IMG/VR virus record: IMGVR_UViG_3300043399_000596 | DNA: 64,000 nucleotides | Reading direction: 5' to 3' (one strand) | From: a virus | Lineage: Duplodnaviria > Heunggongvirae > Uroviricota > Caudoviricetes | In this document: in pieces, positions 28,850-39,912 of the stretch | Layout: the number at the start of each line of letters is the position of its first letter | Numbering within the stretch: the stretch's first letter is position 1 | Program-made: the position numbers and the translations under genes | Notes under the pieces: model-generated | What the model was told of the DNA's origin: nothing | Seen by the model: the letters and a program-made list of their open reading frames with translations, nothing else | The model's database searches: none

Positions 28850-29345
28850 AATTTTATATCGCATCAAGCCAGTAGATAAAAAATCTATTGAGGTATTTTA
28901 TGATGTTTACAAAGAAAAAGAAGACGGGTCTACTGTTGGTTGGCAAGTCACTGAACTTTATCGCTGGGGTCAAGGATTTGTTGAAGGCGAAGATGATATT
29001 CCGTACCTAGAAGATAAAACCGTTAGTGTAGATCCTAACATTGGTTTAGGATGTGAACTTGACGATGGTATCAGCATTGACTTTGATTATGATGACGACC
29101 TTACTGAATCAGAAAGGGAAGAAATCGAACGATGCTATTGTGAAGGTGACCAGGATGGTATGAGTAATGCTGCCTGGCTTTATGACGGAGACCATGACTG
29201 GCAAGTTGACTACGAAAGTATTACAATTTACGGTCCCTTTGTGGTTGACAAATTAACCATTGTAGATTATAATATTGTTTCAGAAGAACGAGTTGAACTG
29301 AAACCCCGGCCACCTATTGACAAGAATAGTGCATGGCCCTTCTAA
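28821..29345 (+). CDS. acidic protein
   Basis: Asp/Glu-rich ('DFDYDDDLTESEREEIERCYCEGDQDG'). Confidence 0.4.
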   Translation: MRRSKLATTEILYRIKPVDKKSIEVFYDVYKEKEDGSTVGWQVTELYRWGQGFVEGEDDIPYLEDKTVSVDPNIGLGCELDDGISIDFDYDDDLTESEREEIERCYCEGDQDGMSNAAWLYDGDHDWQVDYESITIYGPFVVDKLTIVDYNIVSEERVELKPRPPIDKNSAWPF

Positions 29346-29354
29346 GGAATATAC

Positions 29355-30692
29355 ATGTCCGCAAGCTGGATTAATAAACTTAACGAGTCCGATAGCCGTC
29401 TTCATAAAGAGGACGTACTCAAACAAGCACTTGAGGCATGTGTGCTTGGTTCAACCAATGCTCAAATCTTTCTGGGTTTAGTCAAAGCCTGTTATAATCC
29501 CTTTATTACATTCGGTGTACGAAAAGTACCAGACACAATTGGTATCACCGGTGCAGAAAATCCTTGGCATGAATATAATGACTTGTTGATTAAACTCAGT
29601 AAGCGAGAACTTACTGGTAATGCCGCATTGACTGCCATTGATAATATTTCCGAGCGTTTTGACAGCGAAGAATGGAATAAATTCTGTGCTCCTGTCATTC
29701 GCCGAGACCTTCGTGCGGGCATTTCTGACAAAACTATCAACAAAATCTGTAAGAAAACTGAATACGAGATTCCAATCTTTGGTTGTCAACTTGCGACTAA
29801 TAGCGAAGGTCGTCCCGAAATGAAGGGCATTAAACGACTTGAACCCAAGTTGGATGGTGTACGTGTATTGTTGATGGTTATTCACAGTGATGACGGTGAG
29901 GTCATTACTACATGCTACAGCCGTAATGGTAAAGTATTTGAGAACTTTACCCACATTGAAAAACAAATCCAAGACAACTTTGTTAAGTTGGTTCGCAAAG
30001 CCGCAACCAGTAATCTTAGTATGGGGTTTGTCCTCGACGGAGAAGTGATCGGTAATACTTTCCAAGAACTTATGCGACAAGCACGCCGCAAAGAAAACGT
30101 ACAAGCTGAGGATAGTGTGTTCAATATCTTTGACATTATCCCACTAGCTGACTTCCGTCGAGGATACTGGAATGCACAACTTGATAAACGTATCAAAATC
30201 CTAGAAGATATGCGTAGTGTAATTGACACTATGCCCAACGTTGAACTGTTGCCCCACATCATGGTTGACCTCGACACTGCCGCAGGCCGTGACCAACTAA
30301 ATCGATATGCCAAAGATCAAGTGAACGCAGGGTTCGAGGGCATTATGATTAAGGATACTGGCGCTCCTTATGAGTGCAAGCGTAATACGTTTTGGATGAA
30401 ATGGAAGCCTACTATTACTGTTGACTTGACTGTTGTAGGTCTTGAAGAAGGTACTGGTCGCAATCAAGGTCGTCTTGGTGCTCTTGTGTGTGAAGGTACC
30501 GATGACGGTAAATTCATTCAAGTAAATGTTGGTAGTGGTTATAGTGACGAGGATCGTGACAGTTACTGGGCTAACAGCAACCTGATTGTTGGTCGCACTG
30601 CTGAGGTGTTGTGTGATGTGATTACACAGAACCAAGATGGTAGTTACAGCCTCAGATTCCCTCGCTTTGTTCGATTCCGTGATGACAAATAA
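29355..30692 (+). CDS. ATP-dependent DNA ligase
   Basis: Motif I 'KLDGVRVLL' (adenylation Lys), motif IV 'EGIMIKD', motif V 'WMKWKP'. Confidence 0.8.
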   Translation: MSASWINKLNESDSRLHKEDVLKQALEACVLGSTNAQIFLGLVKACYNPFITFGVRKVPDTIGITGAENPWHEYNDLLIKLSKRELTGNAALTAIDNISERFDSEEWNKFCAPVIRRDLRAGISDKTINKICKKTEYEIPIFGCQLATNSEGRPEMKGIKRLEPKLDGVRVLLMVIHSDDGEVITTCYSRNGKVFENFTHIEKQIQDNFVKLVRKAATSNLSMGFVLDGEVIGNTFQELMRQARRKENVQAEDSVFNIFDIIPLADFRRGYWNAQLDKRIKILEDMRSVIDTMPNVELLPHIMVDLDTAAGRDQLNRYAKDQVNAGFEGIMIKDTGAPYECKRNTFWMKWKPTITVDLTVVGLEEGTGRNQGRLGALVCEGTDDGKFIQVNVGSGYSDEDRDSYWANSNLIVGRTAEVLCDVITQNQDGSYSLRFPRFVRFRDDK

Positions 30693-30888
30693 ATGTAACC
30701 ATCAACGAAGTGTCAGTATCTGGCATGATGAATTTGAGAATGACTGGGGTTATACTGAACCGGGTCACTGGGAGTATACCACAGTACAAACGACTGAGGA
30801 CATTGATATTGGAAGATATCGTTGTACTCAATGCGGAGAAGTAATGTACTATACTGGAACTTGGCGTAAACATTGGGAGGGCACATGA
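30637..30888 (+). CDS. small protein with CxxC zinc ribbon
   Basis: 'RCTQCGEVMYY'. Confidence 0.35.
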   Translation: MVVTASDSLALFDSVMTNKCNHQRSVSIWHDEFENDWGYTEPGHWEYTTVQTTEDIDIGRYRCTQCGEVMYYTGTWRKHWEGT

Positions 30889-31052
30889 TTCCATATACTG
30901 ATACTGAAAAACTACTCCTTCTAAAAGAAATTGAAGAAGGTGAAAAGGTGGTCATTCCTATTAGTTTGGAACATGCTGAATTCATGTTGAAAGTCGCACA
31001 GAATTACATTGATAATCACAAACAACAAATGATGGAGATTCTGAAAAAATGA
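30885..31052 (+). CDS. small protein (55 aa, below track cutoff)
   Basis: ATGA-coupled at both ends; 'MIPYTDTEKLLLLKEIEEGEKVVIPISLEHAEFMLKVAQNYIDNHKQQMMEILKK'. Confidence 0.3.
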   Translation: MIPYTDTEKLLLLKEIEEGEKVVIPISLEHAEFMLKVAQNYIDNHKQQMMEILKK

Positions 31053-31237
31053 AAGAACGAATCAAAGAACTTATGAATCAAGCTGGTACAGATACCAGTG
31101 GCAAATGGATGAATATTGACAACGCTGAAAAATTCGCCGAGTTGATTGTTCAGGAATGTCGTGATATGTTTGTAGTTGGTAGCGTCAGTTGGAATCTCTT
31201 AAATGAGAAACTAGAACATTTCGGAGTTGAAGAATGA
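31049..31237 (+). CDS. hypothetical small protein
   Basis: ORF track. Confidence 0.35.
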   Translation: MKERIKELMNQAGTDTSGKWMNIDNAEKFAELIVQECRDMFVVGSVSWNLLNEKLEHFGVEE

Positions 31238-31437
31238 ACAAGTTTGAAGAATGGTTTATGAATCGAATCATCCAGCGTGAGGTTCGTCAGAGTTCTGCAC
31301 ATCGTCAGAACATCATTGATCTTTACAAGATGATTAGGATAGCATGTGAACGGGAATTCTATGAGGACAATACGGTCACGATGAATTCTAACTTGACTGA
31401 ATGGTTTGAAAAGAGTTTAAGGAATCCAACCAAATGA
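31234..31437 (+). CDS. hypothetical small protein
   Basis: ORF track; ATGA overlap. Confidence 0.35.
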   Translation: MNKFEEWFMNRIIQREVRQSSAHRQNIIDLYKMIRIACEREFYEDNTVTMNSNLTEWFEKSLRNPTK

Positions 31438-31580
31438 ACTACACTATTTCCTGGCGGCAGTCATACACAAATTGGGTAAGTCCTCTAGACAAAACTATTG
31501 AGGACATGCTACAATATAGCGACTTCAAGGAAGCACTTGAGGTCATTTCTAAAATCAAATCAACCCTTTAAGGATAAGTT

Positions 31581-32426
31581 ATGTTTATGTTAATCGTTGC
31601 CGCTCTGCTTGCTATCGTCATTGCAGTGGGCGTTTATGTTCTCTTTGAGAAAAGTAAATTGGGTATTCTCGGTGGCGCACTGTTGTTTATTGTTGTGCTA
31701 TTGTTCGAATCCTTCACTGTTGTGCCAGGTGGTCATGTAGGCGTGCAAGTTACGCTAGGTAAAATTAATCCTGAGGCACTACAAGAAGGTGCTCAACTTG
31801 TGAACCCTATCTCAAGTGTCCGTAACGTTGATGTTCGACTACAACGTGCTGAATTGAAAAACGCAAGTGCAGGTACCAAAGACTTGCAACAAGTTCACAC
31901 TGATATTGTAGTTAACTTCCGTCTTAGTGGTAACAAGGTCCCTCACATCTACAAAGAATTCGGCTTGAATGTGGATGACAAGGTTCTTGGCCCTGCACTG
32001 AATGAATCATTCAAGGCAGTGACTGCAAAGTATACCAGCGAAGAATTGATTACTAAACGTGACGAGGTTCGACAAGCAATTACTACACAAATTGCTAACA
32101 AAGTCGCACCCTTCGACATTGATATCAGTAACGTCAGTTTGGTAAACTTTGGTTTCAGTGTTGAATATCAGAAGGCTATTGAAGCGAAAGTTACTGCTAC
32201 TCAGGCTAAGCTGAAGGCTGAGCAAGACTTAGAACGTATTAAAGTTGAGGCCGCAAGTCGTATTGCACAAGCTGAAGGTGAAGCTAAAGCTATTGCGATT
32301 CAAGCGCAGGCTATTCAAAGTAATGGGGGTCAAGCGTATGTTCAACTGCAAGCAATTGAAAAGTGGGACGGTAAACTTCCAAACACTATGCTTGGTAACT
32401 CTACTCCGTTTGTAAACATTAAGTAA
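31581..32426 (+). CDS. SPFH/Band-7 (prohibitin/HflC-like) membrane protein
   Basis: N-terminal TM, then 'VVPGGHVGVQVTLGKINPEALQEGAQLVNPISSVRNVDVRLQRAE' PHB domain and a coiled-coil C-terminus. Confidence 0.75.
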   Translation: MFMLIVAALLAIVIAVGVYVLFEKSKLGILGGALLFIVVLLFESFTVVPGGHVGVQVTLGKINPEALQEGAQLVNPISSVRNVDVRLQRAELKNASAGTKDLQQVHTDIVVNFRLSGNKVPHIYKEFGLNVDDKVLGPALNESFKAVTAKYTSEELITKRDEVRQAITTQIANKVAPFDIDISNVSLVNFGFSVEYQKAIEAKVTATQAKLKAEQDLERIKVEAASRIAQAEGEAKAIAIQAQAIQSNGGQAYVQLQAIEKWDGKLPNTMLGNSTPFVNIK

Positions 32427-32435
32427 GGAACTATT

Positions 32436-32963
32436 ATGGTAACGATTGTAAAACATGAATGGCATTCACATGATAGACAATATGCTATCGAAATGGATTT
32501 AGATTTGTTGGGTGAAATTTATCCCGACATGAAGAAAAAAGAACTAAAAACTCTTTTGAAACAAATCGAAGAAGGCGAAGTTGATGTAAATGATGTTATC
32601 AATGATGCTTGGGACAACGATGTAGAAATCGAATGGGGTTTCCAATACGATGATTGCTGGACTGACCGAAAAGGCGGATACGATATCACTTATGAGTTAG
32701 GCGATGAATCTAGTTGGCACAGTGAGCCTCCTCCACCAGAGCCTACACATAAGTGTACCAAATGTAGGTGGAAGGGTCAGAGTTACGATGCAGAGTGGGT
32801 CTGGGAAGACAGTAATGGCAATAGCCTCGATGAAGCTAAGAAAATTTGCCCTATGTGCGATAGTGACGTTGAACTAACGCCCGAGGGCCTTGCCAAAGAA
32901 GAAGAAAGTAAAAAGCGCATAGAAGAAATTAATGCGATGTTTGATGATGTGGATGAAGAATAA
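32436..32963 (+). CDS. highly acidic protein with two CxxC zinc-ribbon motifs
   Basis: 'CTKCRWKG...CPMCDS'; Asp/Glu/Trp-rich like 9532..10164. Confidence 0.4.
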   Translation: MVTIVKHEWHSHDRQYAIEMDLDLLGEIYPDMKKKELKTLLKQIEEGEVDVNDVINDAWDNDVEIEWGFQYDDCWTDRKGGYDITYELGDESSWHSEPPPPEPTHKCTKCRWKGQSYDAEWVWEDSNGNSLDEAKKICPMCDSDVELTPEGLAKEEESKKRIEEINAMFDDVDEE

Positions 32964-33178
32964 TGCAAAATTTAGTTGGCAAGTCATACCATTTTGAAGA
33001 CGGTAACGCTATTAAAATCATACAAATAAGAGATAAAGAAGTTGACGGTGAGGTACAACCCTTTATCACTTATGAAATTTTTCAAGGTAACAGTCTTCCT
33101 AGACGTTTGGTTATGACACTTACGCAATTTACGGATAGTTTTGGGCATTTGTTTGGACTAAACAATGAACATACTTAA
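32963..33178 (+). CDS. hypothetical small protein
   Basis: ORF track; stop/start coupling. Confidence 0.35.
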   Translation: MQNLVGKSYHFEDGNAIKIIQIRDKEVDGEVQPFITYEIFQGNSLPRRLVMTLTQFTDSFGHLFGLNNEHT

Positions 33179-33204
33179 CAGAGTTATATCTGATAAATAT
33201 TAGG

Positions 33205-34713
33205 ATGTTTAAAAAATATATCAGTTTCTCTAACGTAACACTGTTAGTAGCACTATCATTAAGTACAGTAGCAGCCTATTACAGTATTATAGGTTTAACC
33301 GCAATCTTTGCAGGTGCGGTTATTCCTATTATTGTTATGGGTTCTATACTAGAAATAGGTAAAATTACCACTACAGTTTGGTTGAGAAAGTACTGGCATC
33401 GTGCAAGTATTACTCTGAAACTATATCTGGTGCCCGCAGTGGTACTTCTTGCCTTCTTGACCAGCATGGGTATCTTTGGTTTCTTATCCAAGGCTCATAG
33501 TGACCAAAGTTTAGTCAGCGGAGATGTTCTATCAAAGTTGGAAATATACGAACAAAAGATTAGTACTGCAAAAGAAAATATTCAAAGCCTTAGAAACGAA
33601 CTCAAACAAATGGATGCCGCCGTGGATCAAGTCATGGCACGTAGTACCACAGAACAAGGCGCCGACAAATCAAACACGATTCGTAAAAGCCAGCAACGTG
33701 ATAGAAATAGAATTAACAAAGAGATTGAAGCCAATCAAAAACTAATTGCTTCGTTGAATGACCAAGCTGCACCTATTCGTGCAGAAGTCAGAAAAGTTGA
33801 AGCCGAAGTGGGTCCAATCAAATACATTGCGGCATTTATATACGGTGACAATCCTGACACCAATTTACTAGAGGCTGCAGTTAGATGGGTTATTATTCTT
33901 ATTGTTATAGTGTTCGACCCGTTGGCTATTGCACTAGTTTTGGCTGCTAACGCTAGCAAAGAATGGGACAAAGAAGAATCTGACAGTGATAAGCCCGATC
34001 CCTGGATAGCTGACGTAGGTGAAAAACCAACAGCCGAAGAAATAAAAAGCTATGAACAAGATGACGGTCCATTAACAACTGAACAGTTAACTCAACTTAA
34101 GGATTCAGTAATTGAACCGGATAACTCATCTCCATCTAAGGATCCTGCACCCATAGGATGGATGTTTGGTTCCTTAATACCAACAAAGAAAAAGAATAAG
34201 AAAACCAAAAAATCAAAACCCACAAAGCAACCAGTACAAGAACAAGTTGAAGAAATCAAGTCAGATCCAGAGCCAATCCTAGCAGAATCTTCTAGTCCAG
34301 AAAGACCCGGAGATTATATTGAAACTAATATTGAAACTAAAGTGCCTGTTATCATTAACACAGGTGATGGCTATGTGACATACAACGGTAAGCAAATGAA
34401 AGAAAGTGTTGCCCGTTCAATTGACCCAAAATTATTTCAAAACTACGATAAACAAATAGGCGACGGATTCGGTACGACTTTTCCTTTAATAGCAGAATCT
34501 GGTAACATTTTTGTAAAAACAGACTCGATACCCAATAAAGTATTCAAATTCAACGGAAGAAAATGGATTGAAATCCAAAAAGATACTACTTCTTCTTACT
34601 TAACCGAAAAATACGTAGAATTTTTAATTAATAAGATTTCTTCGGGTGAATATGATATTGAATTGTTAACAGATGTTGAACAAGATACTATCCAAAATTA
34701 CATGAAAAAATAA
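33205..34713 (+). CDS. multi-TM membrane protein with coiled-coil and Lys-rich linker
   Basis: Three N-terminal hydrophobic helices, coiled coil, a fourth TM, 'KKKNKKTKKSKPTKQP'. Confidence 0.4.
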   Translation: MFKKYISFSNVTLLVALSLSTVAAYYSIIGLTAIFAGAVIPIIVMGSILEIGKITTTVWLRKYWHRASITLKLYLVPAVVLLAFLTSMGIFGFLSKAHSDQSLVSGDVLSKLEIYEQKISTAKENIQSLRNELKQMDAAVDQVMARSTTEQGADKSNTIRKSQQRDRNRINKEIEANQKLIASLNDQAAPIRAEVRKVEAEVGPIKYIAAFIYGDNPDTNLLEAAVRWVIILIVIVFDPLAIALVLAANASKEWDKEESDSDKPDPWIADVGEKPTAEEIKSYEQDDGPLTTEQLTQLKDSVIEPDNSSPSKDPAPIGWMFGSLIPTKKKNKKTKKSKPTKQPVQEQVEEIKSDPEPILAESSSPERPGDYIETNIETKVPVIINTGDGYVTYNGKQMKESVARSIDPKLFQNYDKQIGDGFGTTFPLIAESGNIFVKTDSIPNKVFKFNGRKWIEIQKDTTSSYLTEKYVEFLINKISSGEYDIELLTDVEQDTIQNYMKK

Positions 34714-34791
34714 CGCTGCCCAAAACTATTGTCTAAAAATAGACCTTATCATACAATCATTACATCAACAACTCTACCTATTAAGGTTTTT

Positions 34792-35415
34792 ATGAAAACT
34801 GCTCTTTCAATTGTTTTTTGTTCAATTGTATTAACTGCATGCGGGTCCGCACCAGTTGCTAATATTGATGAACCGATCCGAAATCAAAAATTGTCTACTA
34901 ATTTTACGGAAGACGGAGTTAAGATCGAGACCGACTGTGCTTGGTATAAGTTTTGGAAATCTAAGTGTGAGATTGTAGCTATCGAATCAGTTGGCACGAC
35001 ATGGACTAACGGTGCATCGATTGTTCAAGTCAATGAAGCACGTAAGGTAGCTAGAATGGAAGCAGGTGCAAACGTAGCACACTTTCTAAATGAAAAAATT
35101 ACTAGTACACGTGTCACTAATGTTGTCGCAAAGCACATTGAAAAGGCCAGAGACTCTTATGAAACTTCTGGTCAAGGCGAAAGCTACATGACTGACAAAG
35201 AAGCAACACAAACCAATAAAGGTTTGCGTGAAAATTCTAACGATACTGCTAGAACTATCACCCGTACCATCAAAGCGGAAGCCGAAACTATTCTGCGAGG
35301 CTTTAGAACAGTTAGTGAACAACGTACAGGTAATCAAGAAATTTCTGTAACTATTCGTTGGGAACGTAACAGCGATACTTCTATTCGTCAACTTTACAAA
35401 ACGCTGAACCGATGA
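34792..35415 (+). CDS. lipoprotein
   Basis: Internal start 'MKTALSIVFCSIVLTACGS' with LTAC lipobox. Confidence 0.45.
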   Translation: MKTALSIVFCSIVLTACGSAPVANIDEPIRNQKLSTNFTEDGVKIETDCAWYKFWKSKCEIVAIESVGTTWTNGASIVQVNEARKVARMEAGANVAHFLNEKITSTRVTNVVAKHIEKARDSYETSGQGESYMTDKEATQTNKGLRENSNDTARTITRTIKAEAETILRGFRTVSEQRTGNQEISVTIRWERNSDTSIRQLYKTLNR

Positions 35416-36392
35416 AGTGGGTTGCCGTACTCATCGCTATAGTTGCAACATCTTTTTCTACACCCAGTTACTCAACAACTTCAAATGAATATGTTCGGGT
35501 AACTGGTAAAGGTGTTACTAGCAGACAAGCCAAAGAAGAAGGCTTCCAAACAGCAATCGAACTTGCTGTAGGTACATTGATTGTCTCTGACAAAAAAGTT
35601 GTAAATAATAAGCTAATTCGCCAAGATATCGGGGCTCATAGTGCTGGCTATATTTTAGACTTCGTTATTATAACTGAATCGCAGACTCATACCGGTGAGT
35701 TTATCATAGTGATGGACGTCAAAGTTCATACCAGTAAAATACACCAGCGGTTGCTAAGTACTGGTAATAATAGTAGTTCAGTAAACGGAGACAAGTTATT
35801 TGAACAATACAGAACCTACAACGAAAGTAAAGATAGCGCACATAAGATTTTCGACCAAATAATGATGGAATACCCTAGCAAAGCCTTTGTTGTTACGAAT
35901 CCGAAAATTAATTGCGGTGATCCAACCCGAGGAAGTTTTTGCTTTAAGCTAACTAATACCGGTAACGCAGTTTTGCAAATTCCCTACACTGTTCGATGGA
36001 ACTACAATTTCCTACTTGCACTACATGAAGTATTACAACATGTAAGTGACCAAGGTAATCAGGGCGAGAAGTTTACTATCATTAGTAAAGCTCCTGGAAG
36101 TATATTCGGTAGTACTGTACATTATAATTTCAATGATACCCAAAGACTACGACAGATTAAGTCTAAGTTTTTAGGTGATGTGTATGTACACGCAAAGGTA
36201 CTAGACCATCAAGGAACAACTTTATATAATACATGTGCTGTTGCATATTCAGTGCCGCATATAGATTATCGTGGGTTTATTATACAAGGTAACGCCCAAG
36301 ATTCAGAATCTATGTTCATAGAAATAGACAGAAGTGATAAAATTTCTAGGGCGCATCAAATTGATTTGTCGGTAAGCCGCACTAGATGCTAA
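35412..36392 (+). CDS. secreted protein
   Basis: Signal peptide 'MKWVAVLIAIVATSFSTPSYS'. Confidence 0.4.
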   Translation: MKWVAVLIAIVATSFSTPSYSTTSNEYVRVTGKGVTSRQAKEEGFQTAIELAVGTLIVSDKKVVNNKLIRQDIGAHSAGYILDFVIITESQTHTGEFIIVMDVKVHTSKIHQRLLSTGNNSSSVNGDKLFEQYRTYNESKDSAHKIFDQIMMEYPSKAFVVTNPKINCGDPTRGSFCFKLTNTGNAVLQIPYTVRWNYNFLLALHEVLQHVSDQGNQGEKFTIISKAPGSIFGSTVHYNFNDTQRLRQIKSKFLGDVYVHAKVLDHQGTTLYNTCAVAYSVPHIDYRGFIIQGNAQDSESMFIEIDRSDKISRAHQIDLSVSRTRC

Positions 36393-36443
36393 TTTAATAG
36401 CATATGTATTTTGTGATAAGTAACATAATAAAAATATAAAACA

Positions 36444-37640
36444 ATGTCCGAAGAACTAAAACCAATCAATCATTGCAGTTTTTGCGGTAACAGCAAAGAT
36501 GTAGTTAAAAAATTAATTGTGGGTGATAACGTTGCCATTTGTAGCGACTGTGTTTCATTGTGTGAGGATCTTATACAAGATGATCAATCCATAAAAGAAG
36601 ATACATTGCCAGAGTATTACCCAGACAAAATTAAAAGTTATTTAGATACTCACATCATAGGGCAAGATGATGCCAAAATGGTGCTAAGTGTTGCTATAGC
36701 TAACCACTATAAGAGAATTACTAACCCACCCAAAAATCTTGAAATGCAAAAGGGCAATGTATTAATATTAGGGCCAACTGGTTCCGGTAAAACGTTGTTG
36801 GCGAAAACTGCGGCAAAATATCTACAAGTACCATTTGTAATTGCTGATGCTACTAGTTTAACCGAAGCAGGATATGTAGGTGATGATGTAGAATCCATGA
36901 TTAATATGCTACTAAATGCTGCAGGTGGTGATAAGGCCCTTGCAGAACGCGGTATTGTTTTCATCGATGAGATTGACAAAATTGCCCGCAAAGGAGAATC
37001 GACTAGTATTACCCGTGATGTATCAGGTGAGGGAGTACAACAAGCATTACTTAAACTTGTTGAGGGAACTATTTGTAGAGTTTCTGGTCAAGGTGGGAGA
37101 AAACACCCAGGAGCAGATATGTTAGAAATTGATACTAAAAACATTCTGTTTATTGCCGGTGGTGCTTTTGTAGGATTGAAAGAACTGGTGCAAAAACGTA
37201 AAGACGGTGGAAGTATCGGTTTCAGTGCTACTGTTAAAGACGTTAAACTAGAAGGTTCGTTGAAGGAAGTTACTCCCGATGATCTTACTAAATTTGGCAT
37301 GATTCCAGAATTCATCGGTAGATTTACTACAACAGTGAGTATTGATGAATTGTCGAAGGAACAATTAGTCAAAATTCTCACTGACGTTAAAAACAATTAT
37401 ATCAGTCAATATTCGTACTTGTTTGAACTAGACGGAATTGAGTTGACATTCACCCCTGATGCTTTAGAACAAATTGCAGAAAATACGCTAAGTTTAAAAA
37501 CAGGTGCACGTGGATTACATACAGAAATCGAACGAGTATTAATGTGTCATATGTATAATACTAGAATATATAAAGAAAATAACATAAAAACACTAAATAT
37601 TACAAAGGAGCAGGTTATTAACCCTACAATATTAATATGA
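36444..37640 (+). CDS. clpX: ATP-dependent Clp protease ATP-binding subunit ClpX
   Basis: N-terminal C4 zinc finger 'CSFCGNS...CSDCVSLC', Walker A '[13 protein letters not shown]', '[10 protein letters not shown]' Walker B. Confidence 0.9.
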   Translation: MSEELKPINHCSFCGNSKDVVKKLIVGDNVAICSDCVSLCEDLIQDDQSIKEDTLPEYYPDKIKSYLDTHIIGQDDAKMVLSVAIANHYKRITNPPKNLEMQKGNVLILGPTGSGKTLLAKTAAKYLQVPFVIADATSLTEAGYVGDDVESMINMLLNAAGGDKALAERGIVFIDEIDKIARKGESTSITRDVSGEGVQQALLKLVEGTICRVSGQGGRKHPGADMLEIDTKNILFIAGGAFVGLKELVQKRKDGGSIGFSATVKDVKLEGSLKEVTPDDLTKFGMIPEFIGRFTTTVSIDELSKEQLVKILTDVKNNYISQYSYLFELDGIELTFTPDALEQIAENTLSLKTGARGLHTEIERVLMCHMYNTRIYKENNIKTLNITKEQVINPTILI

Positions 37641-37855
37641 CAAAAGGAAGACGAGTACAAGTGCATGACGGAAACTGGGAAAAGGCACTAAGAAAATTAA
37701 AAAAGAAAATCACTGACACGGGTTTACTACAGGAACTAAAAGATAGACAAGAATTTGTTAAACCCGCAGTAAAAAGAAAAATTGCAAAAAACCAAGCAGT
37801 CCGTCGTTGGAAAAAACACTTGCGTGACCAGCAGCTTCCTCCCAAACTATTCTAA
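37637..37855 (+). CDS. rpsU: 30S ribosomal protein S21
   Basis: 72 aa basic; '[20 protein letters not shown]...[26 protein letters not shown]' matches S21. Confidence 0.7.
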   Translation: MTKGRRVQVHDGNWEKALRKLKKKITDTGLLQELKDRQEFVKPAVKRKIAKNQAVRRWKKHLRDQQLPPKLF

Positions 37856-37963
37856 CCTAAATAGTTGTATATTTTACACAATCAAATAAAATAGATATAA
37901 TTATATAGATGCTAAACAGGTCTATATCTTTATAAAATTCTTGCTTAATTAAAGGAGAACACA

Positions 37964-39850
37964 ATGAGCAAAGTCATCGGTATCGATTTGGGTACCACAA
38001 ATTCATGCGTAGCCGTTATTGAAAACGGCGTTTCAAAAATCATCGAAAACAGCGAAGGTGCACGTACTACCCCTAGTATCGTTGCATATACTAGTGACGA
38101 AGTTTTAGTCGGTGCTAGTGCTAAACGTCAAGCTGTGACAAATCCTAAAAATACAATCTATGCGGCTAAGCGTTTGATAGGTCGTAAGTTTAAAGAAGAA
38201 GCAGTTCAAAAAGATATTGACTTAATGCCATACACTATTGTTGAAAATAGCAACGGTGATGCATGGATCAAGGCACAAGACAAAAAACTTGCACCTCCTC
38301 AAGTATCTGCTGAGGTTCTTCGCAAGATGAAAAAGACTGCGGAAGATTATTTGGGGCATGAAGTAACTCAAGCAGTTATTACAGTTCCCGCATACTTTAA
38401 CGACAGTCAACGTCAAGCTACTAAAGATGCAGGTCGTATAGCAGGTCTAGAGGTTCTACGTATTATTAATGAACCAACTGCGGCTGCTCTAGCATACGGT
38501 GTAGACAAACAAGATACAAAAGACCGAAAAATTGCAGTGTATGATTTAGGTGGCGGTACTTTTGACGTTTCCATTATCGAGATTGCAAACGTTGATGGCG
38601 ATAAACAAATTGAAGTTCTTTCAACAAACGGTGACACATTCCTTGGCGGTGAAGACTTTGACCAACGCATTATGGACTTCTTGGTTGATACCTTTAAACA
38701 AGAACAAGGTATTGACTTGACTAAAGATGTATTGGCACTACAGCGTTTAAAAGAGGCTGCAGAAAAGGCAAAGATTGAATTGTCTAGTTCTGCACAGACA
38801 GACGTTAACTTGCCCTACATTACTGCTGATGCAACAGGACCTAAACATTTAAACATTAAAATCACTCGTGCTAAGTTGGAAAGTTTAGTTGACGAGTTGA
38901 TTCAACGTAGTATTAAACCTTGTAAACAAGCACTTCAGGATGCTGGTGTTACTGTCAGTGAAATCGATGAAGTTATTCTCGTCGGTGGTATGACACGTAT
39001 GCCTAAGGTACAAGAAGTTGTAGAACAGTTGTTTGGTAAAGCACCTCGTAAGGATGTTAACCCAGACGAAGCTGTAGCCGCAGGCGCCGCTATTCAAGGT
39101 AGTGTTTTATCCGGAGACAGAAAAGACGTTCTATTACTTGATGTTACACCACTAAGTTTGGGTATCGAAACAATGGGCGGTGTGTTTACTAAGTTAATTC
39201 AAAAGAACACAACTATTCCAACTAAAGCTAGTCAGACATTCTCTACTGCTGACGACAATCAACCTGCAGTAGATATTAAAGTCGGTCAAGGTGAGCGTGA
39301 ATTGTTTAAGTACAACAAACTATTAGGTGAGTTTAAACTTGACGGTATTGCGCCCGCGCCACGCGGAATGCCCCAGATTGAAGTTACCTTTGATATTGAT
39401 GCTAACGGTATCATGCATATTTCTGCAAGAGACAAAGGTACAGGTAAAGAAAACAAAATCACTATTAAGAGTGACAGCGGACTTCATGAAGCAGAAATTC
39501 AACGAATGGTCCGTGAAGCGGAAGAAAATGCAGAAGCTGATAAAAAGATGGTTGAACTCATTCAAGCACGTAATCATGCAGAATCAGTGTTGAATAATTA
39601 CAGCAATGATTATAAGAAGTTCAAGGATCAAATCACATCTGAAGAAAGTGAAAAGATTCAAACTGCAATCGATGCATGTGAAGTTGCTATTGCGGGAGAC
39701 AATACTGAAGCTATTCAGCAATCAGTAAACGATCTACATCAGGCAATCGGACCTGTGCTTGTTAAGAAGCAAGAGTCTGAGGGTTCTGGAAAGAATACAC
39801 AGTCAGTAGATGAGACTGTAGTAGATGCAGAAGTAAAAGAATCTGCGTAA
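37964..39850 (+). CDS. dnaK: molecular chaperone DnaK (Hsp70)
   Basis: '[16 protein letters not shown]', '[12 protein letters not shown]', '[14 protein letters not shown]'; 628 aa full length; SD 'aaaggagaacacaATG'. Confidence 0.95.
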   Translation: MSKVIGIDLGTTNSCVAVIENGVSKIIENSEGARTTPSIVAYTSDEVLVGASAKRQAVTNPKNTIYAAKRLIGRKFKEEAVQKDIDLMPYTIVENSNGDAWIKAQDKKLAPPQVSAEVLRKMKKTAEDYLGHEVTQAVITVPAYFNDSQRQATKDAGRIAGLEVLRIINEPTAAALAYGVDKQDTKDRKIAVYDLGGGTFDVSIIEIANVDGDKQIEVLSTNGDTFLGGEDFDQRIMDFLVDTFKQEQGIDLTKDVLALQRLKEAAEKAKIELSSSAQTDVNLPYITADATGPKHLNIKITRAKLESLVDELIQRSIKPCKQALQDAGVTVSEIDEVILVGGMTRMPKVQEVVEQLFGKAPRKDVNPDEAVAAGAAIQGSVLSGDRKDVLLLDVTPLSLGIETMGGVFTKLIQKNTTIPTKASQTFSTADDNQPAVDIKVGQGERELFKYNKLLGEFKLDGIAPAPRGMPQIEVTFDIDANGIMHISARDKGTGKENKITIKSDSGLHEAEIQRMVREAEENAEADKKMVELIQARNHAESVLNNYSNDYKKFKDQITSEESEKIQTAIDACEVAIAGDNTEAIQQSVNDLHQAIGPVLVKKQESEGSGKNTQSVDETVVDAEVKESA

Positions 39851-39912
39851 TTTGTATCGGGTGCTGCATGGGGCAGGCCCGATATTCATTCTTGCTTTTT
39901 AAGGAGAAAACA

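Noticed and set aside
37856-37963. Heat-shock (sigma32-type) promoter upstream of dnaK
   Set aside because: 'cttgcttaa' weakly resembles CTTGAAA, but no convincing CCCCATNT -10 at the right spacing, so it was not called.
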